DNA of 63,511 nt, filler included, from Rhabdomonas costata (lineage: Eukaryota): the NCBI GenBank assembly GCA_019059605.1. It is 12 parts of 12 records of this genome, joined end to end, with 100 filler letters (N's around TTAATTAATTAA, not from the genome) between each part and the next. Parts side by side here need not be neighbours in the genome. Positions count along the whole stretch, not along the records: positions 1 to 5,126 come from JAHMHO010000094.1; positions 5,227 to 10,372 come from JAHMHO010000095.1; positions 10,473 to 15,592 come from JAHMHO010000096.1; 9 more parts are not named here. One strand, written 5' to 3'. Under the pieces are notes generated by a model, which ran no database searches, was not told where the DNA came from, and saw nothing but the letters and a program-made list of their open reading frames with translations. Of this stretch, positions 1-13,400 are shown in pieces. Both the position numbers and the translations under genes were made by a program. Each line of letters opens with the position of its first letter. The stretch's first letter is position 1.

Positions 1-1399
1 GGGGGTTTGGGTTGGAAAATTCCCTCGGTTGAACGGTTTTTTTGGCATTTTTAAGAGAGACCTGGTCATCGACGAGCGGCGCAAGACTGACCACAAGACG
101 ATTGTGCCAGACTGGACTCGAGAATCCTCTCTCTATTTTGGTTGCTTGGTTGTGATATGCACTTTTCTGAGTCTGGGGGATTCGCTCTGTGCCATTTTAA
201 CAAAATATCTTTGTTATATGACGAAAAGGTGGTGATGTGCAATCCAACCAACGTGTGCACAACAATGTTTTTGATTTATTGCTGATGCATGGGGCATAAG
301 TTTCAGTGAAACCGTGAAATGGGAATAGGTAAGTTACATATGACAAGTGACATATCAACCCTGACATGCATCTTTCTATTTCAGGGCTCGTGGAGCACTT
401 CCGAAAGATCGAGGACAGCTTCCTGAACAACCCGTTTGTGTTACTGGGGAGTGGGGGCAAAAATGTCGAAAAAGGGGAGAATGGAGAATAGGTACGTGTG
501 TGTGTCGCATGAGCAGGTTCCATGTTCGTGTGATCGGCATGTGTGTATATGTGTGTGCGGTGCGCCCTACGATTGTCGGTCACGACATCCGTTTACGAAG
601 CCGGTTCGTGACACCCCACTGTAGTTTACTCTGAAAACCTTCGTCCAAAGTGTATTGGTAGGGAGTGGTTTTCCGACTTTAAGCTGCTAAGCAAACACCA
701 TTTAACAGCTTAAATTTGCAATAGACCGCTTTGCACCCACACCGCGGGGTTCTTGGTTCCCCATAGGGTGTATCAGCCCTCAGCACCTCTCTTACACAGC
801 CGACTCAACTCCAATTTATGGCCTTGAGCTCGACTCCTATGTCTTCCTTCTTCAAGTCTCGGAGGCTGCCTTCCTTTCATCGGACGACTTTTCTCCTCCC
901 CAGCTTCTCGTCAACCCTGCAAAGCGACACGAGCCCGTCTGCTGGCGCACCTCCACCACCTTCTACATCCACGGCTCTTTCTACTCCAGCTTACTTTGCC
1001 CTCGCTTCCGCATCCTACCAACTCTTATTTTGCACTCTCTGCGCCGCGGCGTAGCTGTTGACTTCATCTCGCAGGGAGTATCTCACTACAAGCTTTGCGT
1101 GTGTGGTCGCTGACGATTGTCCAAAGCCAAACGCCATTCCTCCAGCAGGTGCAGTCTACGGTAACAACGGTGACATCTTCTCCCTTTCAACTGTCGACTT
1201 GTGGCCTGTTCTCCCTCCTTCAACTGCCGCATTTTTTCCCACTTCGAAAGCTCCAACACTCATGGTGCCTTCGACCACACAGAAATTTCTGGCCGCTGTG
1301 CAGCAGGGACCATGCCCCTCCTGGGCAGGCCGCCTTACGGACACTCTCCCTCATGTTGGTACAGAGCCCTCCAGACTGCGACTCCAATCACAACCTTCT

Positions 1400-2720
1400 C
1401 TCTAGGACCCCACTCACCTCATACTTCAGTGTGGGCTCAAGCGCCCTTATCACGCCTGACATTTGGCTTGATCTCGGCATCCGCCAGCAACTCCACCGCC
1501 ATCCTGTCTGCCCGCTCCGTCCCAACACCCACGCCGACCTTCTCCTTGCCCAGCTTTTGGGGACAGGTGTTGTGTTCCTCGCACACCGTCAATACACCGT
1601 CATCCAGACCCCACGGCTTTTGCGATCTACAAGTCCGCGGAGAAGGCACGCTTGATTGTGGATCTTTGACGATAAAATGCCATCTTCCCACGTCCACCAC
1701 CCTTTTACCTTCTCAACATCAGTTCACTTCTTCCCACACCTTGTTCCTCATCAAGCTTGATGTCGAAATATTGGTATCTTCTCATCCAGGCCACTGTTTC
1801 CGGTTACTTTTCCTTGAAATCCTCCAACCCGCAGTTCGGCTGGTCGTACTCTCCTATTCTCGCGCAACGGACTTTGGCACGCATCTTACTTCCTCTCCTC
1901 CTGTGGTTTTCAGAAAGGCAGTATTTCGACGATCTTTTGCTAGCACACACCTACACCCACTTCATTTCCTATGCGTCTGCCGCGCACCTCATCATGATCC
2001 ATTCCTGGTTTTTGGTTAGTCCCAGATACTCTCCGGTTCTATCTCCACGTATTCAATGGCTTGGAAAGGAGCTCTGTTGTAAATGGATCTCAATCACACC
2101 TGGCCGCTTTGATCAGGCGCTTCTCCACATTTGGTTTCTCCGTTGTACTCGCTTTTCACCCCGCTCTCTTTAGCGTTTGTTAGGCACACTGACGTGGCTC
2201 TGCTCTTCCTCCAATGTACCTGTATTCTTGCTTCTGCGTATGGTCTCATTCATTCATCTACTCGCCACTGACTGCTTTCACTGAACATTTGGCGCTCAAT
2301 TCTATTTGTATGTTTCTACTCACTACCGCGACTCCACCGGAATCCATTTCCCCAACAATATGCACGCCTCTGCTCTTTTGAGATGCCGCCCATATTTTGC
2401 CATTCACATTTTGCTCTGCTAGATTTAGGAGGAATTACGTTGCCACCAGCACGCGCGCTCCATTCTGGGTGGACTCTCAACAGACCGATTGTAATGTATG
2501 GTATCCCGGTTGTCACGTCAAGTAAACAAGGGGAAGGCAATGAATTATTGAGATCCTCTTCTGACCTGTCATGCCAAGTTTTACGCCGGTGTGGTGTATG
2601 TGAAATAAAAAACCAAGTTGAAGTTCTGTATTTTTCTTTCACCATGTTAAGTCCGCCATGTTTGTTGTTTGGTTCCTTTGAGATCGTATCCCTCTGGAGA
2701 TAGCGCACAAGCAGTGTCTG
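1400..2720 (+). mobile_element. Decayed reverse transcriptase + RNase H of a DIRS/Ngaro/VIPER-like (tyrosine-recombinase class) retrotransposon; pseudogenised
   Basis: RT motifs occur in order across shifting frames: AFAIYKSAEKARLIVDL* (from 1616), FLIKLDV/SKYWY (~1744-1780), PQFGWSYSPILAQR (~1829-1870), YFDDLLL (from 1922), FLVSPRYSPVLSPRIQWLGK, then RLLGTLTW. RNase H-like DAA (2382-2390) and PFWVDSQQT (~2459-2485) follow. There are multiple stops and frameshifts. No recombinase ORF was recognised; boundaries are approximate. Confidence 0.8.
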
Positions 2721-3229
2721 GTCATATCAGTTTTGCTTTGATCTCTTTTTGCAGCATTACACTCTTTTTGACACACCTGCCAGCAGCTGTGCGTGTTTAA
2801 ATGGCGTTACCCACACCTATCCCGGTGGTATTTACCTTCTCAGCGCCAGATTTTATGATTGCCCTCGTTCATGACACGTAAACATCAGGAGGTGTGCGCT
2901 TTTGTGTGTGTGGCAAACATGTGGGAGAGCCCTCTGGATAAGAAAGCAATGTATGACCTGCGCAGGTGGTGTGTTGAACTAATGCGAGTTTACTTTTTGC
3001 TTGGAACGAAAGAAATGGAGTGTGCTGAAAATTTCAAGCGAATTGTGTGCACAACTCTGCCGCAGATGTTGTCGTCCTTTGCTTCATTTTTGCTTTTTGG
3101 CTTTTTTCCTCTAGGAAAGCGGTTGCTTCTGAGTCCTCAGCGCAGCCAGCTCCACCTTCACATCACGTCCATAAACGCCCAGAATGTGCTATGCTTTTTT
3201 TCGGTTGAGTCCCGGTAAGTTGCAACATT

Positions 3230-3493
3230 TTGTTCGACTTTTATTCGCCACCTACCAGCAATTTCTTGGCTAATATTTTGTGCCGTCGTTTTTCCTTGCT
3301 TATTTTAGGAAAACTGCTGCTAATTAGTTGCTCTCAGCCAAGCTCCGCACCACGTCACTTCCACCAACCCGCTGGTGAGCGTGCATCTTCTGTGCTTGGA
3401 CTTTTGACAGCGAGTGGTAATGAGTTCTTTGTGGAGCTATTAAAAAACGTTGCAATGGAATTGTTACATATCGAAAGAACTGTTTGTGATTGA
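3230..3493 (+). mobile_element. Possible decayed hAT-like transposase C-terminal (dimerisation) fragment
   Basis: LLISCSQPSSAP...ERASSVLG resembles the PxSSAxxERxFS motif. This is a single weak, interrupted motif. Confidence 0.2.
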
Positions 3494-4099
3494 CGTATTA
3501 GTATCGAAATGCGAACACGCAAACGTGCTAACGTAACGAACAGTTGAGCCACACAGAGTTTCTGGAGCACTGCTATTTGCACAAAAGACCAGAGGACGTT
3601 TGGGTTTAGCCATCTTCGGTTACTGTGATATTGTGATCTACTGTGCGTAGAAGAGGCAGTTGCTTCCAATCGAAAATTAGCCAATGACCGCTTCAACAAC
3701 GGGATATGTTTATCACATAAAATTTGCCTTGCGTAAGTTGTTTGGCAATGCTAAGCTTAATGATTAAACCTAACAAACCTCCTTCTCCAAAATGCCCCCC
3801 CCCCCAGCACTCAGAGATAGATTGTGCCTCTGGGGCCTCTCAGCGGTACCACGGCAAATGCGCAACCTTCGTATTCTCGACCGCGAGTTCCGCGGCCACC
3901 ACGGCAAAAGTATGCCGTGATACGCGAGTACCGATCCAACCACAGTTTCTCATTTTGCGGAAACTTGATGGGGTGTGGAGTCGGTAAAACGGTGTCAAGC
4001 GGTATTTGTTGTTACGGTTGCGACGATAATATGGTATAGAGACAATTTTCTTGTAGTTGGGGCTATCTTACGTTTAACACCACAAAAATGAAAACAATT

Positions 4100-4750
4100 T
4101 GTTCAGCTTGTTGTGTTGTGGAATCAGATTCTGCCGAGATGGCCCTCCTCCATGGCAACCGTTGCCTTGAGTAAAATTCTTTTTATGGTACACGAGCCGT
4201 TTTCTTTCCCCTCATATGCTCTTTTGTTCGCACCACCAGCTATCTTGTCTATGATCTTAAATTAGCTTGTTACAATTTGTGTGTCATTGCCAATTGTCAA
4301 CCATTCCACGTTTCTTCACAGATGTGAATATTCACGCACACACTCCGGGGTTATGGGGATGGATCATGTCCGCTTCAGATGATGTATTGATTTGCTTGAT
4401 CTCTGCGACTCAGAGCGACCACAATTTTCTTCCCTTGAGTAGTCCGAAGCAAAGTAGCATCCAGATCAAACCGAGCCATCCACCTACGGGACCGGAGCAG
4501 TTGCCCTATGTGCACATGCAGTACTGGCGTCGCATTCGAGTGAAGAAGGTATGCTCTGGAAACTTCAAGTGCCTTTTCCTTCTTTCTCTCCTTCCTTCCC
4601 ATTTCCGAATAGAACTTTAAGATGCCGTTGCTTGCTCATTTTTGTGGTGGGGACATTAAAAGTGTCCTTCTTTTGGATTTCACAAGAGTTTACTACATCG
4701 CTTCAAAGCGATTGGGGGATTTTGGTGATTATTTATGGTGGTAGTGGCTG
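4100..4750 (+). mobile_element. Possible highly decayed non-LTR RT fragment
   Basis: SASDDVLI (~4368-4391) is followed at plausible spacing by a frameshifted QY(L)GVAF (~4519-4540). No intact ORF. Confidence 0.22.
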
Positions 4751-5126
4751 ATCGGAGATGCCCTTCATTCTCCACAGGGCCCGTAACACAAGTGATAGAA
4801 GGCAAGTGTCAGGTTACGATCCACTTTGCATGTGTTAACTGTGAAGGCGCAAAAGGTGGCACGAGGTGGCAACTGACGCTTCGTGTGAAATGGTGAAATG
4901 GACGTCTTAGATGTATGATATCTTTCATGCTTTACGGCAAGCATCTCTGCGTAGGTTTCTCACATTTTTCTTGTCACAGACAATTTTGCTGCCTTCTTCT
5001 CCATATTTCACGGCCTCTGCTCTTTGTTCCACTGCGAGCTTTATTATTCCAAAGTATTCTTCGCATTAATAGGATTTGTTTTTCCAACAATCTGCAATTG
5101 TAATTAGCGCTCATTCCACCACAAAA

Positions 5127-5226
5127 NNNNNNNNNNNNNNNNNNNNNNNNNNNNNNNNNNNNNNNNNNNNTTAATTAATTAANNNNNNNNNNNNNNNNNN
5201 NNNNNNNNNNNNNNNNNNNNNNNNNN
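5127..5226. other. Artificial 100-nt contig-joining spacer (N44-TTAATTAATTAA-N44), first of 11
   Basis: The same spacer recurs at 10373-10472, 15593-15692, 20814-20913, 26254-26353, 31450-31549, 36665-36764, 42803-42902, 47984-48083, 53162-53261 and 58340-58439. TTAATTAATTAA gives stops in all six frames. Intervening pieces are similar in length (about 5.07-5.34 kb, one 6.04 kb), consistent with concatenated unplaced contigs. Confidence 0.98.
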
Positions 5227-5239
5227 GGTGGGTGGGTGG

Positions 5240-8200
5240 CCAGAGAGGACAGCTCCGAGGACGAGGTCTGCATCTCGAACTTCAGAGCCGGGGGAATCAG
5301 GTAAATGTGGTCCCTGGCGAGCTGTGGGAGGAAGCGCAGCACCCCTACATAATTCCGAAGACAAATGAGATGCTCGGGGCTGCGTGAAACTGGAAGACAA
5401 GTGCGTTTTTGAATTGACAACAAAAACAAATGCACCGGGAAAAAATGTAAAGAAGGCTGTCGCAAGGGCCGATGGGCCAACCTGGCCATGTGGTTTAACG
5501 TCGTTCTCATGGTTGGCCCCGTTCAAACTACTGCCGCTCAAACTACTACAGTGGGGAGGGATTAAAAAGACAGATTATCCGGGGACGCTCTGGAACATAG
5601 AAAAGGAATCCGCATGCGCCCAGAAAAGTAGAACCAAGCGGATTCACCGACCTTTCTGCAGACAGCGTTCTGCATGTTGCGCCACTGAGTGGCGTTCGGC
5701 CAGTAGCGCTTCCAGGTCAGCAAGAACTCCGACTTACTTGGAAACCGGAAGTTCAGCTCCAATTCTGCGCACAGCGACATATGACAATATACTTGATATT
5801 CTGCGTGATTTCCTCCGGTTTTCCTGCTATCAGTACAGCGGGAAAGTGAATGCGTTCGGAATGGGGTTATGTCGAAGCTTAAAAAAAAGCTCCAAAAAAC
5901 ACCGCTTGTAAGCTTATTGCGTTAGGTTTTTCGCCACTTGTGCAAAAATGCGGCGATGATGCCATTGAACAAGGAGTGCAAACAGCATGAAAAGAAACTG
6001 GAGCCCACCCATCTGGAAGTAGCTCGTCGCCAGGTCCCTCCCCCGCAAGTACTGGAACTGCCGCCCGAAGGTTGTCGTGGCTTTGCGGTCCCACACGGCG
6101 GTGCCCAGCCCAAAGCCCGAGCCGTCGGGGCTTCGAGTGGGGCTGACCACCCGGGGCGCCGTCCTCGCTGCAATTCAAAGCCAAGTTAGAGTTCAGACAC
6201 ATTAGATTCACATCTAGAAGGCGCGGATTCGGAATAATTCGAAGGTTCTTCGAAGGTTATTCGAAGGTCGGATTCGAAATAATTCCGCTTGAATAATTTC
6301 ATCACAACCTCATTGTGTCTCGCTTCTTTTGCATTAGAAAAAGGCCCGTGATTTACCAACGAAAAGTAATGAGGGTAATGGGCAGGGTAAGAATCATTAT
6401 GCCGTGACAGCAGGTTGCACAGCGCGTTTTTCTAATCACCACGCACCGCAGAGCATCTAAGGGGTTTATGTCAATCTAACTTGACTGGCAACAACACGCG
6501 CAGCATCCGGAGCGACCTAGACTTCAGTCCACAACCAGACAAAAGCCCCACAGAAAAAAACACAACTGTCCCTAAGTCAACGAAGAAAACAACGGATTTG
6601 GTTCGGTAGAAGCAATCCTGGCTACAATTGGCACCTCAGACAAGGAGGAAAGTCGACAGCTGGACAAAGCTGGGCCGAAACTGAAGAATCGTCCCTTCGC
6701 CAAAATTGACTTCAAGAAGACAGGTCCATAGCCAATGAGACGCTCAGAATAGCTCCTTTTCCCTTTCAAGCTGGGTGGAGCCAGACCGTACCCTTTTTGC
6801 GGTGTCCCCCAGACATCGAGGACACCAGCTCGTCCAGCCCTTCAACGGAGTTGGGCTCTTCGGGAATCGAGGGAGGGAACTGCCTCATGTGGTTCTGCGA
6901 GCAAGCAAACCAGAGCATGCACAAATGGCTGCAGAAAATCCATCCATCCCGAAGTGACAGTCGTTCAAGATTAAATTTGGATTCAGGATTATATTTGCTA
7001 CAAAGAGAGCTGCTGAGAATAATGCAGTCCTGCCATTCACTACGAATGTGGCTGTAGACTTGTGAAAGCACTGGGCTAGCTTCGATGAAATGTCTGTCAC
7101 GTTGTCTTTCGCGGCTTTTCAGCAACAATGTTGACCCCACGGTGCGCCGAATTCACGCCACACCTTCATCTGGATGTTGTGGTTCGCAAAACTCTCCTGC
7201 AGCAGAGCCTGGCTGCCGCGGAACACGTCCGAAAGAAAGGCAAGGCCCTGCTGCACGTCGGCGTCCCCTCCGCTGCTTCCCTTTGCACAAGAAAAGAATG
7301 AGAGAGCAAATGAGTGAAGGACTAGACTAGAGAGTTTATCATTCATGTTTGGGTTGATTCCTGCCTCTGCTCGAGGACCCGACGAGAACTCGAGGTTGCC
7401 AGTAGAGTTCCAGAGAGTGGAGTTCGCAGAAAGTCGCCATTGCCAGAAGGCAACAAGAAAGCCTGAACCAAGGCAAGCGGCTCCTCCTGAATTACCTCAA
7501 TTACTGCTCAAGCGACAAAGCAGAGGTTCCACAACAAAACCATCGGACTTTTCTTTAAACAAAACGAAGGTGAACAGAAGTGTCCCCTCAACACTTTTCT
7601 GCGGTGGTTGCTCTTTCGTCTCACGCAAGGCAAGGCGAAAAAAGAACAAAAAGGAACGTCATCAGCAAAACAATACCCTCGTACATATCGACAATGTACC
7701 AAAAGTGTCACATGCGGCAGGAAAAAATTTCCTTGGCTCACTGGTAAGTATGCACAAGAAAGCCCTCCACCTGTCCACGGTACATGGCCTCCATCCGGCG
7801 CTCATGTTCTAGCAGGGGGATCACGAACTCCGGGGAGTACAGCATCTCCAGCTCGCTCTGCTGCGGCAGGTTCAGGGCCTTCCACAGAATGTCACGCTCC
7901 TTCGCCTATGATGCCCAAAGGGGGGGGGGGGCAAGCGTAAGGGTTGGTGGGTGATGCGGAATGGTTCAACTTCAAACGAATGGGCAATATGTGATGTGTG
8001 TGGGGTATTGTGTTTCGGTCTCTGTGGTGGCCGTGCTCATTGCAAGTTCTGTGTGGGTCGTTTGGTTTCTGTGCGTGGCCATGTGTGCGGGATTAAACTT
8101 TATTGCGACACGCTTCTCAGTCGCTGTTCTTTAGTTGTCCTCTCTCTGCGTTTCGCCAGAGACCGCTGTCTCTGGGCTTACTCGGATCGCGACAGATGGT

Positions 8201-8360
8201 GATAGGAAATATCGCGGTGCACCGCGGTATGTGGGTGTCCGACGCACAGTGCCCCTCCCTGTGCTGGAATGAAGCCAGTCGTGCTGTCAGCTTGTTTAGC
8301 TGGGCACCTGTACAATGACACCCCTGTGCCAAACGTTGAGTATTCTCCTTCTCCATGGCG
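5240..8360 (-). CDS. Multi-exon gene of unknown function (partial)
   Basis: GC-rich islands, several bounded by AG/GT, on the minus strand: ERDILWKALNLPQQSELEMLYSPEFVIPLLEHERRMEAMYRGQ (~7770-7900), GSSGGDADVQQGLAFLSDVFRGSQALLQESFANHNIQMK|gt (~7165-7281), NHMRQFPPSIPEEPNSVEGLDELVSSMS (~6810-6894), LARDHIYLIPPALKFEMQTSSSELSSL (~5240-5321). Exon phases not fully resolved. Confidence 0.55.
6238..6278. repeat. Short tandem array of TTCGAAGGT-containing 11-mers
   Basis: ttcgaaggttc ttcgaaggtta ttcgaaggtcg ga ttcgaa. Confidence 0.8.
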
Positions 8361-9574
8361 GATAGCCAATCGTTGCGAGGTGGTTTCAAAGTCACTGCAC
8401 CACTTACTTCACGTCCCGTTTCGTCGCATCGCCGCGAAGTCGGCCGAAACTCGATCAACCACCCACGTGGCACGCAGCCCATTTTGTCCATCCGCTGTCA
8501 GAAGCTACGGTGTTCCTCGAATCAAAAAAATTTCTGATTCAAAGCACTGTTTATTGCGGCCTTGCTAACCCCCCCAATCCCTCTTTTCTCTGGTTCCCTT
8601 TGTCCGGCAGGGCCAAAATAGCGCAAATTCCCGGGGGAGCAAACCCGTGCTACCACCAGCCGGGCTTCCCATGTGCCTCCAACTGGGATGGGAAGCCGCG
8701 CCGGCAGCGCCCACAGTGGCGCAGCGGTCCTTTGCTAATCAAGTGAAGCTGGCGAGCCAGTCCCAGCCAACAGTTGTGACGAGACAGTGGGTGGTGGTGG
8801 ATAGATCCAGGAAAATACAAGCCAAAAGTATAAATAAAAACCTTGGGAACCACGCTAGGATGCGATGCACATGTACGGTGGGGAAGTATCGCTTTGCTTT
8901 ATTGCCACCAAAAGGCGATGAACGGTTCCCGGGAATTTGCCGTAGAAAAGGGCCTGCTTTGTTTTAAGTGCAAATTCCAGCCGCATAAGCGGTGGAGGGG
9001 GCTTGGAAGTTCGCCTGGGCCTGTTGCGGCATGTACTCTGACAGTGGTGGTGGTGTCGGGCTTCACCTTAACCCATATGTATCTCAGGGAAAATATGAGT
9101 CAAGGCGCTGTGCGCGACAGTGCCCGCAAGCTGACGTGACAGTGCTGATCTCATCATTTCACTCGACAGGTTTATGTTACCATTGCCTTGAAACATTGAT
9201 GCCAATATTGATTGGAGATGGGTGCCGGAACAATGCCCGCGAAGCCACAGTTGACACAGGCAGTGGTCAAAAGATATGAAGCCCCCAAAACGAAACCAGG
9301 TGCACGTAGTGCCGTATCGATGGGATGTTATTGCACAAATGCAAAGGGCCATATTGCATCTCTACATCCGGTGAAGAGTGAAGATGTGAAGACCGCCTTC
9401 GGCGACGTTCTTACTACGCATCGTCGCTACGCTCCTCGATCCGTTTGTGATGCGTGGTTGGATGATGGGTGCGAAGCGGACCGGAGGGAAGGGTACAAAC
9501 ATAGTCGTTGTGTCATCTTGCTACGTGCCATGCGCGTCTGCTCCACAGAACTCGCGACATGCGCGGTCCCTCGC

Positions 9575-10372
9575 ACCCAAAACGCACCAAACACAGAGAA
9601 CACCATGGCACAGAAATCAACCTAAGCGGAAGAACCAAACACAGCACCAAACATCAGCAACACCACCAGAGACACAATGCAAGACAACACAGGCAACAAG
9701 GGCGCACTGAAATCTACAGAGAAATCAACACACAGCAAGTGAACAAAAAGGAAAAATTTAACCTGAAGCTATAAGACCGAATAAAGAACCAGACGCCAAC
9801 CCATACAACTCTTGCGCGCCATTCCAGAACAACAATGCAACAGATGTAATGTACCATGCACCACAGATGCCAATGACACCATGCAAACCCACACAAGCAC
9901 AACCAACGCAAACTCACCAATTGAAGACGAAAAGTAGTGAATGAAACCAGAAGAACAACGGAACCATGACACAGAACCATGGTACGCAACCGCGACACCA
10001 AACCACGCAGACATGACTACATGATTACAGACTACAACGACAACAGATACAGCTACCTGAAATTGGCAAGTACAATACACAAAAACGAATTCTAAAACAA
10101 ATTCCAAACTACTAAACTAGTTGAGTAACCTGCGAACACAAACCAGGCGTCATCAGCAATATTACCTCAAATGAAAAAATCAAAGGCCAAGAGAAAAAAC
10201 AACGACCTACACATGAAACCACAACTCCGAAACCTAAATCAAGGCATGAAACCACCTATCACATCGACATTCACAGCTACCTAAAGCCAGAACATCAACA
10301 AAACGGAGACGCAAACCCAAAGACCATACACCAAAGACCAAGCCACGAATTCCCAACCGGACACCAAAACCC
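9575..10372. repeat. A/C-rich low-complexity tract (degenerate simple repeat)
   Basis: Strong A+C skew over about 800 nt with recurring ACACAG/AACCA words. Overlapping ORFs are compositional by-products. Confidence 0.75.
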
Positions 10373-10484
10373 NNNNNNNNNNNNNNNNNNNNNNNNNNNN
10401 NNNNNNNNNNNNNNNNTTAATTAATTAANNNNNNNNNNNNNNNNNNNNNNNNNNNNNNNNNNNNNNNNNNNNGGGTTTGTGTGG

Positions 10485-13400
10485 CATGGGCTCCCCGGTG
10501 AGGGGGTCCCTCGTGGTTTGCGTTAGGGTGGCGATCAGCGCGCGGGCTGAGCGGCACATGGCGGCGGAGGGGGTGAGCAGGATCGACGGCCCCCCCAGCG
10601 AGTCCTCGAAGCCCAGCCGTGCCAGGCTGACATCCAGAGGCTCGGAGCGGGGTAGCCCGCCCGGCGGTAGGCGCTCCCCTGAAGAAGGGAACAGGTTGGC
10701 GACTTGTCGCTTACTTCTCCCTTGGTGTCGGCGAAGCGCCTGTCACCTCATATCGTAGTTCTCTTGCTCGGCGTGTTGTCGATGAGACGCAATCACACCA
10801 CTCCGTGGGAAGAGATAGATTGGGGAAATAAAATTTGGGAGACCCCTCTTCCAATTTTCCCCACAGGAGGAGGGAGCGTGGGGACGGGGGGCAAAGTACA
10901 CACGAAAGGCCGACGCCTGAAGCATCCGTAACCCCGGAAGGGGCAGTAAGGGATCCAGCTCTGATGCCGCGGCGTACAGCAGACAACCCACCGAGGGAAG
11001 CGGGCGGACAGAACCCGCCCCTGCAAGGAATTCAGAAGGGCACGTCCGTGCGAGTGGGATGTCTTTCCCCATTCTTTTCATTCATCCACATTCATCCTCC
11101 TTTTGCCGGTGTTTGTTCGCGAATCCAGGTCAAAGCCCAGCCAAGAGACCTGATACGTTGACAGTTTTTTGAAGGAAAATGAAGGGAAAAAGGCTACCAA
11201 GGCCGCCAAAAGAATTAGTCATCCAAAGCCCTGGCGGTGAAGGGCAATTGAGCGATTGCTCGTGGGTAATTGCTTCACAATGCTGCATGCACCAAATGAT
11301 TGAAAAAAGTCCAACAAAAGGTATCCTCCGAAGCCCGTCTTGCAAAGTCTCCTGCCAGCGCGCATGCTCACCCTCACCTCACCCTCTTGACTTTTTCTTC
11401 TAACTTTGTGGACGATCCCAGCTTCAATATTGGAACCGTCTTCTTTCCTCTGTGCGGACCCACAGTAACACCTTTTCTTGTCCTGCCTCTCGCACTTAAC
11501 CTTTGACACTGCAGAGCTTGTCATCCAGTTCCACGTGCTATACATGACCGCGTGTAATCATGAAGAAAAAAAGAAGAAAGAAAATGTGGTTCCTTCTCTT
11601 TGCCCAACCGGGGTTCGCATTTTTGCCCGGTATTAATTGGATGTCACTGGAATTGAAAGTGCTTTTTAGTGCGGAGTCCCGCCGCAACGGCCATAGACCG
11701 CCGGGCCAGTCGAGCAAGGGGGGGGATGCGTGGGCGGGATACGTTGCCTGGTGAGGGCGTTGCTTGGGATTCTGCTGGTAGCATTGCAAAAAATAAAAGG
11801 GTAATTGCAACCTTCAACAAATGCCCCTGGTATAGAATCCACCAGCTCTAACTCTTATTCTTACCAACTCTACCAAACCTTGATGTCGTTCTATTGGCCA
11901 GTTTTTGTTGATCCACGATGTATTGGGCCCAAGATCCTAGGTGATAAGACAGGGTGAGTGAGTGTCATTTCCCAAACCAATTTCTCAAGGAGGTAAGGAA
12001 TGCAGAAAAAAGACAATCGGAAAAGACAACAGTAAACACCATCAACATTTTTTTGCAAGGAGGGGGGGGGGGCAAACCAAGGCTACAAACCGTCTGCGGC
12101 CCAATGCCGCGGTTAGATGTGTCTCTGTTCCGTTCACGTGGAGAAAGTAGGAGGGGAGAAAAACGAGAGAGCAAGAGCCCACGTAAAGGGGCGAACCCGT
12201 TTTCGAAGGCGAAAAAGAGCTGAGCTGTGAGTGCTCCGGAAAGCCCGCACGGGCCTTAAGAGAGAAGGACTGGAGGGGAGTCGCACTTGACAGCTGCAAG
12301 CAAAGCGAGCAAACGGATCCCAGTCACAGAAATCATCGGAAGGGCGCAATTCAAAAAGTGCAGCAGATAAGAGCACCGCGGCAATACATGGGAAGGGGGG
12401 GGGGGCAAAGAATGCAACCGCCCCCCGCCGAACCAAAAAAAAGGCAATGCCAATACGGGACTTAACAAAAGGGGCCTTTTCGTTCTCATTTTGGCGTGGT
12501 ATGGAGCAGGAACAAATCGCTGTGTCTGCAGAATGAAAGAATTTGTGGTGGGGGGACACCGTATTTTGGAACCCACCGGAACCCGCAGAACGGTCAAACG
12601 ACCCCTCGGCGGGAGAAACAGTGATCTCCGCAGATGTTGCTGCCGAGAGCTGCTTTAAAATGCTCGGAGTTTTGGGGCGAGGACACAGCTTCTCGACGAG
12701 TTCCTGAAGAGCACCTGTGGATCACGTCAGAACGGTCCCAAGGCCCAACAGCGACAATAGAAGGCCAATGACTGAATTAAAAGCACTCAAAACAGTGAAG
12801 AAACACGGCAATGCTGCACAAGCACAAGCACAGGGGCTCTTGAAGCGTCTGGGGTGTTCCACGAAAAAGAAACTATTTACATGAAGCAACGCAAGACTTA
12901 TCGGAGGGGAATGATAAAAAAGACCGAAAAAGGAATCGTCTCTTTCGAACCATCCGTCGTTGGGGTTTTGAAAATGGCAAAAAAAAATATGAAATCCCGG
13001 TTTGACTTGTCAGTCACCTCAAAAAGGTTGAAGATACCCTTTTCAAGCCGCTTGGGCGGAGGCAGGGTCTTTCGGTGCTTGGCTTGAAGCTCTTGTTGCC
13101 TCCGTTCTCGGTCTGAAGGGAAGACGAACGCAAAAACGCACGGACAGGTCAGGCTTCAACCAGCATGGAGAAGATTAAACAAACAGTTGCGAATTCGGCG
13201 AACAGCACACACTTCGCATGTAGTCGTAATACATTCCACACGCGTGGGCCGTCATCTCCTTCTCCGTGAGAAAAGGCTGGATGGGCTTGACGTACCTGAG
13301 AAAAGGCCACGACAGCTTTTCGCATTGTGTGAAGATTGTGTGAAGAAGGGGTGCGAAAGGGGGGCACCACAAACGGCCGGGGGTGAAAGGCCAGAAAATT

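Noticed and set aside
5171..5182. TTAATTAATTAA recurring every ~5.2 kb as a periodic biological repeat
   Set aside because: Always centred in a 100-nt N block; a standard six-frame-stop linker.
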